The notes under the pieces are model-generated. The model had not been told where the DNA came from, did no database searches, and worked only from the letters and a program-made list of their open reading frames with translations. Below, one piece after another: positions 1-10,048 of a stretch of 64,000 bases of DNA. Every line of letters begins with the position of its first letter. Position 1 is the first letter of the stretch. The stretch comes from Bacteroidales bacterium. GTDB taxonomy: Bacteria > Bacteroidota > Bacteroidia > Bacteroidales > UBA1715. Position numbers and translations under genes: made by a program. The DNA is taken from positions 11,330 through 75,329 of the forward strand of contig JAZRXD010000015.1 in the NCBI GenBank assembly GCA_045600045.1, read 5' to 3'.

Positions 1-1205
1 CCATCGCTATAGCCAAAACAACTCGGTTGTTTGCCATTTTCTATAGAAACCGTAACTTTTGTATCTGGCTGTTCCAATTGGAAAGTCTGCGATGCCTCGC
101 AACCAGCTTCATCAATAACGTTGATTGTGTAATCTTTGTCTCCTGCCAATTCCAATCGTGACGGTTCCGTATTTGTCTTATCATCTTTCCAAGAATAAGA
201 AACCGCACCAATTGCGTTTTCTGCGGCAAAACTTATTTCTCCATCTGTGTCGTCACGACACAACAAATTTTTACGTGAAAGTTCCTTCAAAATCAAACCA
301 ACTTCTGGTTCCGTAACCTGAACGTTTGTTTCGCCTTCGCAACCAATTTCATCAACAACATAAACTTTAATATTTTCGCCAGCTGGAAGAACCGAACATT
401 GAACCGTATCTTCTGCAATAATAGTAAAATCACCTTCAACACCTTCTTGCTTGTACCATGATACACGATATTTACCATACGCATTATCAACTATCGCCTT
501 AACAACTCCAGTTGCAGTCCCTTTACAGACAATATTTTGTTCAACAGACGCCGAAATTGATGGTTTTGATTTTTCTATCGTAACTGGTGAAGATTCTATC
601 ACACAATTTACAGCATCGGTAACTTTTGCATAGAAAGTCCCAACTCCTAAACCAGAAGCAATATCTGCACCGTCGGCAACCTTTACATTTTCAGAATTAT
701 ACCATTCCCATTTGTATGGTTCAACTCCTCCTACAATATCCAATGAAGCTTGACCGACAGATTCTCCGTTACACCCTGCACCACGTACCATTGTTGAAGT
801 AGAGGAGAATTCCGGCTTTTTAAACTGTCTTACACACACATTTTCTTCCTCATAAGAAATAACCTCATCGGTTGCCACATCATGCACACTTACATAACCA
901 ATATAACGAACATCATGAGTCAATCCAGAAAACGTCACTGGACCATATTTAGTTGCAGATGTTATCGGAACTTTTTTAGATTCCAAAATGATATTGTGAT
1001 CGGAATCAAGAAGCACGACCAAAAAATAGTCATACTTACCCGACAACCCTGAAACTCCAGAAATCGTAACTATCATTTGACCATTTCCTTGTGTCGGACA
1101 AGTTGGCGGAACTGTTTGATAAGAAACCGTGTTCTGTGAAAATGCCACAATGCCAATTAACAGCATCGTTTTAAAAAGAATAATTTTTTGCAAACAAGAA
1201 CGCAT
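1..1205 (-). CDS. Secreted SprB-repeat protein, N-terminal part (gene continues past the left window edge)
   Basis: Absent from the ORF track because it runs off the edge. The reverse-strand ATG (complement of 1203-1205) opens an uninterrupted frame to position 1: MRSCLQKIILFKTMLLIGIVAFSQNTVSY..., a signal-peptide-like start. It has repeated modules of the form C-x-G-...-G-...-GG-x-x-PY-x-W (GAGCNGESVGQASLDIVGGVEPYKWEWYN; LLCRDDTDGEISFAAENAIGAVSYSWKDD; CFGYSDG at the edge), the SprB-repeat pattern of Bacteroidota surface adhesins. Confidence 0.75.
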   Translation of the reverse strand, partial: MRSCLQKIILFKTMLLIGIVAFSQNTVSYQTVPPTCPTQGNGQMIVTISGVSGLSGKYDYFLVVLLDSDHNIILESKKVPITSATKYGPVTFSGLTHDVRYIGYVSVHDVATDEVISYEEENVCVRQFKKPEFSSTSTMVRGAGCNGESVGQASLDIVGGVEPYKWEWYNSENVKVADGADIASGLGVGTFYAKVTDAVNCVIESSPVTIEKSKPSISASVEQNIVCKGTATGVVKAIVDNAYGKYRVSWYKQEGVEGDFTIIAEDTVQCSVLPAGENIKVYVVDEIGCEGETNVQVTEPEVGLILKELSRKNLLCRDDTDGEISFAAENAIGAVSYSWKDDKTNTEPSRLELAGDKDYTINVIDEAGCEASQTFQLEQPDTKVTVSIENGKQPSCFGYSD

Positions 1206-1331
1206 ATTCGACACTTTACAAGAACCTATTTTAAGTCTTACTTGCAAAGTAAATGTTTTTTGGAGACTTTTTGACATATTTATGCCATTGTTTTTTGAAA
1301 AATTTATATTTTCGGCACGAAATTCTTTGAT

Positions 1332-2060
1332 ATGTCTATTTTACGAACAGATAATATTATGAAAAAGTACGGCAACAGGACTGTCGTACAAAGTGTATCC
1401 TTTAGTGTAAGACAAGGTGAAATCGTTGGTTTACTTGGTCCGAACGGCGCCGGAAAAACCACTTCATTTTACATGGTAATGGGTCTTATCAATCCCGATG
1501 GCGGTAAAATTTTTCTTGACGACCGGGATATAACCTCGGAACCAGTTTACAAACGTGCCCGATACGGAATCGGATATTTGGCACAAGAAGCTTCGGTTTT
1601 CAGAACTCTTTCTGTTGAAGACAATATTCTTTCAATTTTGGAAATGACCAATCGTACTAAAAAAGAACAGAAAGAAAAACTTGAAGAATTGTTGACAGAT
1701 TTCAATTTACTACACATTCGCAAAAATCTTGGAATTCAATTGTCTGGTGGCGAACGTCGTAGAACGGAAATTGCGCGAGCTTTGGCCAGCGATCCTAAAT
1801 TCATTTTGTTGGATGAACCTTTTGCAGGAGTTGATCCAATTGCGGTGGAGGAAATTCAACGAATCGTGCGCGAATTAAAAGATCGTAACATCGGTATCCT
1901 TATCACCGACCACAACGTTGACGAAACACTTTCCATAACCGACAAAGCAAACATTTTGTTTGAAGGAACAATCTTCAAATCAGGAACAGCACAAGAATTA
2001 GCTGACGATCCCGAGGTTAGAAGAGTTTATTTGGGTAGCAATTTTGAACTTCGCAAATAA
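1332..2060 (+). CDS. lptB: LPS export ABC transporter ATP-binding protein LptB
   Basis: 242 aa. Walker [13 protein letters not shown] signature LSGGERRR, Walker [13 protein letters not shown]. Size and the N-terminus (..[26 protein letters not shown]) are typical of LptB. Confidence 0.92.
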   Translation: MSILRTDNIMKKYGNRTVVQSVSFSVRQGEIVGLLGPNGAGKTTSFYMVMGLINPDGGKIFLDDRDITSEPVYKRARYGIGYLAQEASVFRTLSVEDNILSILEMTNRTKKEQKEKLEELLTDFNLLHIRKNLGIQLSGGERRRTEIARALASDPKFILLDEPFAGVDPIAVEEIQRIVRELKDRNIGILITDHNVDETLSITDKANILFEGTIFKSGTAQELADDPEVRRVYLGSNFELRK

Positions 2061-2089
2061 AAAAGGGATGTTTTCACATCCCTTTTTTT
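2058..2089. terminator. Bidirectional rho-independent terminator between lptB and guaB
   Basis: Stem GGGATGT (2065-2071) / ACATCCC (2076-2082) with a 4-nt loop. It is flanked by an A-run upstream and TTTTTTT downstream, so it can function on both strands between two convergent genes. Confidence 0.8.
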
Positions 2090-2106
2090 CGTTATCTCAT
2101 CGTTAA

Positions 2107-3579
2107 TTATTCTCTACTATAATTCGGAGCTTCACGTGTGATTGTCACGTCATGCGGATGACTTTCCGCATATCCAGCGTTTGTTATTTTTACGAATTTA
2201 ACTTGACGCAAATCAGCAATTGTTGACGCACCGCAATATCCCATTCCAGAGCGAAGACCTCCAAGAAGTTGATAAACCTCTTCTGCCAACGTACCACGAT
2301 AAGGAACACGTGCAACAATTCCTTCTGGAACCAATTTCTTGGCATCGGCAACGTTTGATTGGAAATAACGGTCTTTTGAACCTTGTTGCATAGCCTCCAA
2401 CGAACCCATACCACGATATGCTTTGAACTTACGACCTTGGTAAATAATTGTGTCGCCTGGAGATTCTTCCAAACCAGCAAACAAAGAGCCAAGCATTACT
2501 GAACTTGCACCTGCAGCCAAAGCTTTTACTATATCGCCAGAATAACGAATTCCGCCATCTGCAATCAAAGGAACATCAGTACCCTTCAATGCTTCGGCAA
2601 CATCAAACACAGCCGACAGCTGAGGAACACCAATACCTGCGATGATACGTGTCGTACAAATCGAACCAGGTCCAATACCAACTTTAACAGCATCTGCACC
2701 TGCTTCGACCAATGCTTTTGCTGCTTCGCCAGTTGCAATATTTCCAGCTATGAAATCAATTTGTGGATACATTTGTTTTGCTTTGCGAACTGTGTCAATT
2801 ACGCCTTTAGAATGACCATGGGCAGTATCAACAACAACAACATCAACACCAGCTTGTACCAACGCTTCCAAACGATCGAATGTATTGGCCGCAGTTCCAA
2901 TAGAAGCACCTACGCGTAAACGACCTTTGTCGTCTTTACAAGCATGAGGATTATCAATTGCTTTTGAAATATCTTTGTATGTCAACAAACCAACCAAAGT
3001 TCCATTTTTGTCAACCACAGGCAATTTCTCAATTCTGTATTGTTGCAAAATATCGGCTGCTTTCGACATATCGTCGCCTTGAGTTATTGTAACCAAATTT
3101 TCTTTGGTCATAACCTCTGAAATACTTTTTGATTTGTCCGAAACGAAACGTAAGTCACGGTTGGTTACAATTCCAACTAATTTACGGTTACCATCAACAA
3201 CAGGAATACCTCCAATTTTGAATTCTTCCATCAATGAAAGAGCATCTAAAACTTTTTCGTTTGGAGTAATTGTTACAGGATCGTAAATCATTCCATTTTC
3301 GCAACGTTTTACACGTTTTACTTCCAATGCCTGTTGCTCAATCGACATATTTTTGTGGATAATTCCGATACCACCTTCACGCGCAATAGCTATTGCCAAA
3401 CGAGAATCGGTAATTGTGTCCATTGCTGCCGAAACTATTGGGCAATTCAATGAAATATTACGAGTTAATTTTGTTGAAATATCAACTTGATAAGGCAAGA
3501 CTTCGGAATAACGAGGAACAATCAACACATCGTCAAATGTCAGTCCCTCACCGATAATTCGATCCGTTTTGTATGACAT
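2107..3579 (-). CDS. guaB: IMP dehydrogenase
   Basis: 490 aa. [19 protein letters not shown]-terminus, tandem CBS region, catalytic loop [12 protein letters not shown]-terminal GYCG...HPHDV. Confidence 0.97.
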   Translation of the reverse strand: MSYKTDRIIGEGLTFDDVLIVPRYSEVLPYQVDISTKLTRNISLNCPIVSAAMDTITDSRLAIAIAREGGIGIIHKNMSIEQQALEVKRVKRCENGMIYDPVTITPNEKVLDALSLMEEFKIGGIPVVDGNRKLVGIVTNRDLRFVSDKSKSISEVMTKENLVTITQGDDMSKAADILQQYRIEKLPVVDKNGTLVGLLTYKDISKAIDNPHACKDDKGRLRVGASIGTAANTFDRLEALVQAGVDVVVVDTAHGHSKGVIDTVRKAKQMYPQIDFIAGNIATGEAAKALVEAGADAVKVGIGPGSICTTRIIAGIGVPQLSAVFDVAEALKGTDVPLIADGGIRYSGDIVKALAAGASSVMLGSLFAGLEESPGDTIIYQGRKFKAYRGMGSLEAMQQGSKDRYFQSNVADAKKLVPEGIVARVPYRGTLAEEVYQLLGGLRSGMGYCGASTIADLRQVKFVKITNAGYAESHPHDVTITREAPNYSRE

Positions 3580-3603
3580 AGCTTCTTGTATTTATAAATT
3601 GAG

Positions 3604-3611
3604 CAAAATTA
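3604..3611 (-). promoter_or_regulatory. Bacteroidota -7 promoter box (TAATTTTG) for guaB
   Basis: The reverse complement of 3604-3611 is TAATTTTG, matching TAnnTTTG. It lies 24 nt upstream of the guaB ATG. Confidence 0.5.
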
Positions 3612-3708
3612 TAGATTTTTCCGTACTTCACAAAAAAATATGATACGGAGAAACACAATTTTGTAAAATGTAAAAAATCTTTTTCCCACTACTTTAAAAA
3701 TAAAAAAT

Positions 3709-3716
3709 TACTTTTG
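3709..3716 (+). promoter_or_regulatory. Bacteroidota -7 promoter box (TACTTTTG) for the U32 peptidase gene
   Basis: TACTTTTG matches TAnnTTTG and lies 22 nt upstream of the ATG at 3739. Confidence 0.5.
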
Positions 3717-3738
3717 TACCCGTTAGATTCTAAAACAC

Positions 3739-4995
3739 ATGAATTTAAAAAGATCAGACATTGAAATAATGGCTCCAGTTGGTTCATACGAATCGCTGAT
3801 GGCAGCCATTCAAGCGGGAGCAAATTCAGTTTATTTCGGCATAGAAATGTTGAATATGCGTGCGCGCTCGTCAAATAATTTCACAACGGAAGATTTGGCA
3901 AACATTGTAAAAATTTGCAACGAACACGGCATAAAATCATATTTGACGGTAAATACAATCATTTACGACAAGGATATGGAAACCTTGCACAAAGTGATGA
4001 AAGCGGCTAAAGAAAACCACGTTTCTGCTATTATTGCCTGCGATATTGCCGCAATTCAATGTGCTATGGAATACGGCGTTGAAGTGCATATTTCTACTCA
4101 ATTAAACATTTCAAACACGCAAGCGGTGAAATTTTTCTCGCAATATGCCGACGTTGTTGTTCTTGCCCGCGAATTGAACCTTATGCAGGTTAAAGAAATT
4201 TACAAGGCAATTCAGAATGAACATATTTGCGGTCCGAAAGGCGAATTGGTAAAGTTGGAAATGTTTTGTCACGGTGCTCTTTGTCAGGCAATTTCAGGGA
4301 AATGTTATCTTAGTCTTCACGAAAAAAATTATTCTGCGAATAAAGGTGCTTGTCTGCAAACGTGTCGAAAAGCATACATCGTTACGGAAAAGGAAACTGG
4401 CAACGAATTGGAAATCGACAACGAATACATTATGTCGCCAAAAGATTTATGCACGATTGGTTTTCTTGACGAATTGGTTGAATCAGGCGTCCGCGTAATG
4501 AAGATAGAAGGACGTGCTAGAAGCGCAGAATATGTAAAAACGGTTGTGGAATGCTATAATGAAGCTTTAGAAGAAATTATTGCTGGCACATACAACGACA
4601 ACAAAGAGGAAAAAATTGCCGCATGGAAAGATCGTCTTTCGCGCGTTTTTAATCGTGGATTTTGGAACGGATATTACCTTGGACAACGTTTGGGAGAATG
4701 GAGCACTCACTATGGAAGCAGCGCAACGAAAACAAAAATTGCAATCGGGAAATGCACAAATTATTTCTCAAATTTGAATGTTGCCGAATTCCTTATGCAA
4801 TCGGATGAATTGTGTCAAGGTGATGAAATTCTTATCACGGGACCAACAACCGGCGTAATAGAAATGAAAGCCGAAGACATTCGTGTCGATTTGAAAACAG
4901 TTGAAAAAACCGTCAAAGGAGAATTGTTTTCAATGAAGACAGATAAAATCCGACGTGGCGACAAACTTTATAAAGTTATAGATTCCAATAAATAA
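3739..4995 (+). CDS. Peptidase U32 family protein (PrtC-like)
   Basis: 418 aa. Contains the U32 signature region EMFCHGALCQAISGKCYLS...SANKGACLQTCRK (E-x-F-x-HGA-x-C...SG-x-C...N-[RK]-G-x-C-x-Q-x-CR). Confidence 0.9.
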   Translation: MNLKRSDIEIMAPVGSYESLMAAIQAGANSVYFGIEMLNMRARSSNNFTTEDLANIVKICNEHGIKSYLTVNTIIYDKDMETLHKVMKAAKENHVSAIIACDIAAIQCAMEYGVEVHISTQLNISNTQAVKFFSQYADVVVLARELNLMQVKEIYKAIQNEHICGPKGELVKLEMFCHGALCQAISGKCYLSLHEKNYSANKGACLQTCRKAYIVTEKETGNELEIDNEYIMSPKDLCTIGFLDELVESGVRVMKIEGRARSAEYVKTVVECYNEALEEIIAGTYNDNKEEKIAAWKDRLSRVFNRGFWNGYYLGQRLGEWSTHYGSSATKTKIAIGKCTNYFSNLNVAEFLMQSDELCQGDEILITGPTTGVIEMKAEDIRVDLKTVEKTVKGELFSMKTDKIRRGDKLYKVIDSNK

Positions 4996-6294
4996 TTGCC
5001 TATGACGATACGGCAAAAAGTAGCGAAAATTCTTTCATCCGACATTACTAAAAATTCGGCGAAACTACTTTCTGCAAGTGTTATTGTCCAAGCAATTGGA
5101 TTAATTGTTTATCCGATTCTTAGTCGTATATATTCCCCAGAAGATTTTGGACTTTTTAATCTTTTTATCAGCATTTCCGGATTTTTTGCTCTTTTAGCAA
5201 CGGCTGAATTTCAAAATGCGATTTTACTTCCTAAAGAACAAGAAAAAGCCGTAGCTTGCTTTCACACAGGCTTTTTTATCACCATTTTTGTTTGTTCTGT
5301 TTTAGTTTGCACAATTCCTTTTTCGGAACAAATTGCAAAATTTTTTAATGCTCCCATTTTGGCAAATTGGTATTGGACAATCCCGGTATTTGTTTTTATC
5401 TCTGCATTTTGGACACTGATAAATTATTGGTACACAAGAGAAAAATTGTTTGGTCAAATTCGGAATTATCAAATTGCTCAATGTCTGACCAACGCAACAG
5501 CAAAATGCGGATTTGGATTTGCAAAATTAACAAACGGCGGACTTATTTATTCTGCTCTGATTTCTCCTATAATTGCATTGATAATCAGCATTATAACTAC
5601 ATTTAAGAAACACTTGAAACCATTACTTTCTTTCAATAAAAAAGATTGTTCTTCTGTTTTACACGAATTTTCAAACTTTCCAAAATATTCTTTGCCTCGG
5701 GCATTATTAAGCTTTTTTAGTGGAAATATTTTGATTTACTTACTGACGCCTTTCTACGGATTAAAAGAAATTGGAATTCTTGGAATGGCAATCACTTTGG
5801 CTTTTAGACCAATTGAATTATTGTCGAATTCATTGTATCAAGTTCTATTTCAAAAAACTACCGAGAAAGTAACAAATCGTGAAAGCATACGTAAATACTA
5901 CCGAAATTTTTTACTGATAACAAGCTGTATCGTAATTCCCTGTTTCACAATCGTTTGTACATTTCTGCCAGACGTAACTGAATTTTTGTTGGGACAAGAA
6001 TGGCGAAAAACCGGAGATTGCATTTTCTTGATGTTATTTTGGTTGTTTGCTGTTATTCTTACATCACCAATTTCATATTTGCCAGATATTTTTCAAAAGC
6101 AAAAAATAGGATTACTCTTTGAAATAGCACTTATTGCCGCACGTATAGTTGCTATTTTGGGGGGTATTTTTCTTAATGAGGGTTTTTTCTTGATAATCTT
6201 TTTGTACAGCTTCGCAAGTGCGATTGTAATTGGTTTACAATTAATTTGGTATTGTAAATTAATCAACAATTACGAGCAAGAAATTTTGCAATAA
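4996..6294 (+). CDS. Polytopic membrane protein, Wzx-like oligosaccharide flippase (MOP superfamily)
   Basis: 432 aa with about 12 hydrophobic segments. The N-terminus KNSAKLLSASVIVQAIGLIVYPILSRIYSPEDFGLFNLFISI is typical of polysaccharide-biosynthesis flippases. The track start is TTG at 4996; ATG at 5002 is the more likely start. Confidence 0.7.
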   Translation: MPMTIRQKVAKILSSDITKNSAKLLSASVIVQAIGLIVYPILSRIYSPEDFGLFNLFISISGFFALLATAEFQNAILLPKEQEKAVACFHTGFFITIFVCSVLVCTIPFSEQIAKFFNAPILANWYWTIPVFVFISAFWTLINYWYTREKLFGQIRNYQIAQCLTNATAKCGFGFAKLTNGGLIYSALISPIIALIISIITTFKKHLKPLLSFNKKDCSSVLHEFSNFPKYSLPRALLSFFSGNILIYLLTPFYGLKEIGILGMAITLAFRPIELLSNSLYQVLFQKTTEKVTNRESIRKYYRNFLLITSCIVIPCFTIVCTFLPDVTEFLLGQEWRKTGDCIFLMLFWLFAVILTSPISYLPDIFQKQKIGLLFEIALIAARIVAILGGIFLNEGFFLIIFLYSFASAIVIGLQLIWYCKLINNYEQEILQ

Positions 6295-8024
6295 TTCACG
6301 CAAGCCAATAAGGTAATAACCTGTAATCGTTCCATCACAACGCCATTTTCATACAAGGAAATTGCCGCTTGTTTCAAATTTGAATCAAAATTCAGCAAAT
6401 CAATATTTGAAATATAGTACTGATTGATAACTTCTCGTAAAGAATGATTTTTTTCTATCCACGAATCCATTGGATTCATAGAATCACCCAATGTTGTTCG
6501 TTCAAAATTGTACAAATTCATCTTTTTTAAAAGAAACATTACAATTCGTTTTGGAACAGTATTCAACGGCATTCGTCTTCCACAAAGAGAAATTTCGCAC
6601 TCTCCCGATTTTATTTTACGTTTCCCGTTATGTAACCATTTGGTCGCTTCTGGATATTTATTTACAATCCATGCGTCATACAATTTATAACCCCAACGCT
6701 TATGAAAATCAACAGAATACAAAAATTCCAAAAAATCCACATCACAAAATGGAGAATACGATTCAGCATAATTTTGAAACCAAATAGGCGAACCTAAATT
6801 AGCACAGTTGAAACCACGCACATACAATGAGTAAATTTCTTGATTCTCAAAATCATCTAAATACGATTCCGGCAAATATTCCCGCAAACAATCCAATAGT
6901 TTCATTGAATAACCTTCGAAACCATAAGTTGGTTTTTGAGATGAATCTTTTTTAGTGTACGAAGTTCCCACAACATCGCCTCCGTGCATCCCCGTTCCTA
7001 TTACACCAACATTTTCTAAATTTATAGAACCAAAACCATACGCGGTTTGTGCAACGCCACTATAATGAATAACACCACACGACAATTGTACACTTTCGTC
7101 TATTGATTTCAAATAATCACCACCATCAAGCGCTTGAAATGTCATGGAATTTCCTAAAAAGTCGGAAATTTCTTTAGGAATAATTTCATCATAATATCCT
7201 CGCTGCGAATATGTTACATTTTTTATTTGTTTGTTTGTCAATTGATGTGCTACCCAATTTGTCATCCGTGAATCCAAACCAGCACTCAAAGGCATACAAT
7301 TTTCGTAATCATATTCCTCATTTTTATTTAAAATACGTTTCACCGCCTGACGGAACAATACATCTAAAGTTTCTATGGTTTCTGAAATAGATTTTTGTAT
7401 AGGATTATTCTGAAACCGATGATATTGTTTTAATTCCAATGTGCCATTTTCAATTCTCACATAATGTCCCGCCGGAATACGTGAAATTCCCTCTATTAAC
7501 GTATGGCAATTTGGCGAATAAGCAAACGTCAACATTGAATATGCAAACTGTTTATCATATTGTAATTCAAATCTTTGTGACAAAAATTCAAACAAAATAC
7601 GTAAATCAGATGAAAAAAAATGGTTTCCTTCTTTAGTAGTGTAAAACAACAACTTACTGCCGATTTGGTCATTATAAATCAACAATAAATCTTTTTCCCT
7701 ATCGTATAAAATGCCCGAAAACGAACCACGAAAAACATTGAAAAACTGTTCTCCTAACTTGTTGTACAACAAAGGAATCAATTGTTCCAAAGTTGCTACT
7801 CTATATAAATTAAATAGTTCCGATAAATTAAGAATAACGCCTTCTGTTGAAAAAAACAGTTTGTCGAGTTGTACAAAAACCTTGTCGTGTTCAAATTTTT
7901 GAAGTGTTTTTTGTTGAATGGAAAACTCTCCCGACGAAAAATTTCGCATTATAATCTTCCCATCAATTTTCGACAAATCAAACTCCACATTTATTGAACC
8001 ATATTTCCCAAAATAGCCGTACAT
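6270..8024 (-). CDS. Asparagine synthetase (AsnB)-family amidotransferase homolog lacking the N-terminal Cys nucleophile
   Basis: 584 aa. GATase-like N-domain pattern (FRGSFSGILYDREKDLLLIYNDQIGSKLLFY...FFSSDLR) and PP-loop motif PLSAGLDSR (the SGGLDS equivalent). It starts MYGYFG instead of MCG. Confidence 0.8.
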   Translation of the reverse strand: MYGYFGKYGSINVEFDLSKIDGKIIMRNFSSGEFSIQQKTLQKFEHDKVFVQLDKLFFSTEGVILNLSELFNLYRVATLEQLIPLLYNKLGEQFFNVFRGSFSGILYDREKDLLLIYNDQIGSKLLFYTTKEGNHFFSSDLRILFEFLSQRFELQYDKQFAYSMLTFAYSPNCHTLIEGISRIPAGHYVRIENGTLELKQYHRFQNNPIQKSISETIETLDVLFRQAVKRILNKNEEYDYENCMPLSAGLDSRMTNWVAHQLTNKQIKNVTYSQRGYYDEIIPKEISDFLGNSMTFQALDGGDYLKSIDESVQLSCGVIHYSGVAQTAYGFGSINLENVGVIGTGMHGGDVVGTSYTKKDSSQKPTYGFEGYSMKLLDCLREYLPESYLDDFENQEIYSLYVRGFNCANLGSPIWFQNYAESYSPFCDVDFLEFLYSVDFHKRWGYKLYDAWIVNKYPEATKWLHNGKRKIKSGECEISLCGRRMPLNTVPKRIVMFLLKKMNLYNFERTTLGDSMNPMDSWIEKNHSLREVINQYYISNIDLLNFDSNLKQAAISLYENGVVMERLQVITLLACVNYCKISCS

Positions 8025-9170
8025 CTATATTTGTTCGTAAATATCAAGTAAATTTTTTCCGACTGCGTCAAACGAAAATTGTTCCGCCGATTCACGAATT
8101 ATTTCGGCATTGAAATACGAATAATTGTCCAACATCCAATTCACTTGCTCAAATAAAGCCGATTCATCGCCAACAGGAACAATTCGTCCGTTTTTTTCGT
8201 TAATAATATCGGGTGCAATACCAACATTCGACGTGACAACAGGAATACCACTCGCCAAACTTTCGGGAATAACCGTAGCAAAAGTCTCGTAATTCGAAAA
8301 CAACAAGAAAAAGTCGCTTTGATGCATCCATTCCGAAACTTGTTCGGGTGTTTGTTCTCCAACAAAAAATACGTATTCATCCAACAATTCCAATTTTTTC
8401 GCTTCGCGATATATTTTACCATAATCGGGACCTGTCCCAACTACAATCAATTCAAAATCAAAACGTTCATCGGACAAACGTTGCATTACACGTAAAATAC
8501 CTCCAAGATTTTTTGCATTTTCATCAAAGCACGAAACGTGGAGAATGCGTTTCTTTGTACGTCCTTCCTTTTCCTGCGGAAGAAAAAAGAAATCATCAAC
8601 CACATTTCCCACATTACAATACTTCGGATGTCGCAATCCACACTGTTTCATGGCAAATTCCAATTTCGACGAAACTGGCAAAATGAAAGCAGCATTTTTT
8701 ACAACAAACTGTGTTATTTTCCGATGCCAAAAACCGGTAAACGAATTCCGTTCAGGGAAATATCGCGACCATTGTTCAGTTATTACATACGGTATATTCT
8801 CTTTGCGTTTGAGAAAAAAAGATACTAACCCAACTCGCGTAAGAACATGCACATGGGTTAACGAAGGTTTCCCAAATATTCGAATAACTTCGCAATAACC
8901 ATTGTAAAACGCACGAATAAAATTTACAGGTTTTGAAAAAAAACGAAAAAATCTATTTTTTGCAACTGGGAAATACACATAAATTTCGAGAACATTTTCC
9001 GTCTTTTGAGTAACAATTTCAAAATCAGAAATGTTTTCGTCGGCATACGGAAACAACACACAAACATTGGCAAAACGAGAAACGGCCAAAGCATGTTTTC
9101 TCACAAACAATCCAGCCATTGCATCGTAACGGTGCGGATACCAAGCTGCCAAAAACAATATTTTTTTCAT
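8025..9170 (-). CDS. Glycosyltransferase family 4 (GT-B fold)
   Basis: 381 aa. N-terminus MKKILFLAAWYPHRYDAMAGLFVRKHA and the C-terminal E-x7-E-like region (FLLFSNYETFATVIPESLASGIPVV) are typical of GT4. The stop codon directly abuts the start of the AsnB-like gene (8025/8024). Confidence 0.85.
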   Translation of the reverse strand: MKKILFLAAWYPHRYDAMAGLFVRKHALAVSRFANVCVLFPYADENISDFEIVTQKTENVLEIYVYFPVAKNRFFRFFSKPVNFIRAFYNGYCEVIRIFGKPSLTHVHVLTRVGLVSFFLKRKENIPYVITEQWSRYFPERNSFTGFWHRKITQFVVKNAAFILPVSSKLEFAMKQCGLRHPKYCNVGNVVDDFFFLPQEKEGRTKKRILHVSCFDENAKNLGGILRVMQRLSDERFDFELIVVGTGPDYGKIYREAKKLELLDEYVFFVGEQTPEQVSEWMHQSDFFLLFSNYETFATVIPESLASGIPVVTSNVGIAPDIINEKNGRIVPVGDESALFEQVNWMLDNYSYFNAEIIRESAEQFSFDAVGKNLLDIYEQI

Positions 9171-9214
9171 TTTACTTCGGCCTAAACATAGGCTAAGCTA
9201 CTAACTTTTCATCT

Positions 9215-9247
9215 AAAAACAAAAAAGGCGAACCCCTTGGTCCGCCT
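9215..9247 (-). terminator. Rho-independent terminator downstream of tpiA
   Basis: Minus-strand stem AGGCGGACC / GGTTCGCCT (plus coordinates 9226-9234 and 9239-9247, one mismatch), followed on the minus strand by TTTTTTGTTTTT. Confidence 0.7.
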
Positions 9248-9268
9248 TTCATTTATCACATTCAATTA

Positions 9269-10018
9269 TTAGAATGACATTACGATTGTGTTGAAATCTT
9301 CAGCTTTCAAAGAAGCACCACCAATCAAACCGCCATCGATATTTGGTTTTGCAAACAATTCTTTTGCATTTTTCGCGTTGCAGCTTCCACCATAAAGAAT
9401 AGAAGTTTCTTCAGCAATTGCGTTTCCGTATTTTGCAGCAATAGCTTCACGGATTGTTTTCAACATATCTTCAGCTTGGTCTGATGTAGCAGTTTTACCT
9501 GTTCCAATTGCCCAAATTGGTTCGTAAGCGATAACCAATTTTTTGAAATCATCAGCAGAAAGTTGGAAGATTGTTTCGTTTAATTGATTGATAACGAAAT
9601 CGTTTTGTTTTCCAGCTTCACGAACATCAAGAGCCTCTCCACAACAATAAATTGGAGTTAAACCATTTTCAAGAGCCAAAGCCAATTTTTTATTTAAGAT
9701 TTCGCTTGTTTCGCCATAGTAACCACGACGTTCGCTGTGGCCAAGAATCACATATTGAGCACCTGTAGATTTTACCATTGCCGCAGAAACTTCACCTGTG
9801 AATGCACCTTTTGGTTCTGCTGCACAGTTTTGTGCTGATACTGCGATTGCTTTGTTGTTCACCAATTTAACAACTTCTGTTAAATGGATAAATGGTGTTC
9901 CTAAAATTACTTGAACGTCAGAAGTTTTTACAATACTGTTAACTTCTTTTGCCAATGCAATACCTTCTTCCAAAGTAGTATTGCATTTCCAGTTACCTGC
10001 TACTATTTTTTTTCTCAT
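9269..10018 (-). CDS. tpiA: Triosephosphate isomerase
   Basis: 249 aa. [24 protein letters not shown] and GGASL motifs are all present. Confidence 0.97.
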   Translation of the reverse strand: MRKKIVAGNWKCNTTLEEGIALAKEVNSIVKTSDVQVILGTPFIHLTEVVKLVNNKAIAVSAQNCAAEPKGAFTGEVSAAMVKSTGAQYVILGHSERRGYYGETSEILNKKLALALENGLTPIYCCGEALDVREAGKQNDFVINQLNETIFQLSADDFKKLVIAYEPIWAIGTGKTATSDQAEDMLKTIREAIAAKYGNAIAEETSILYGGSCNAKNAKELFAKPNIDGGLIGGASLKAEDFNTIVMSF

Positions 10019-10048
10019 TGTTTTATTTATTAAAATTAGTACTAATTT

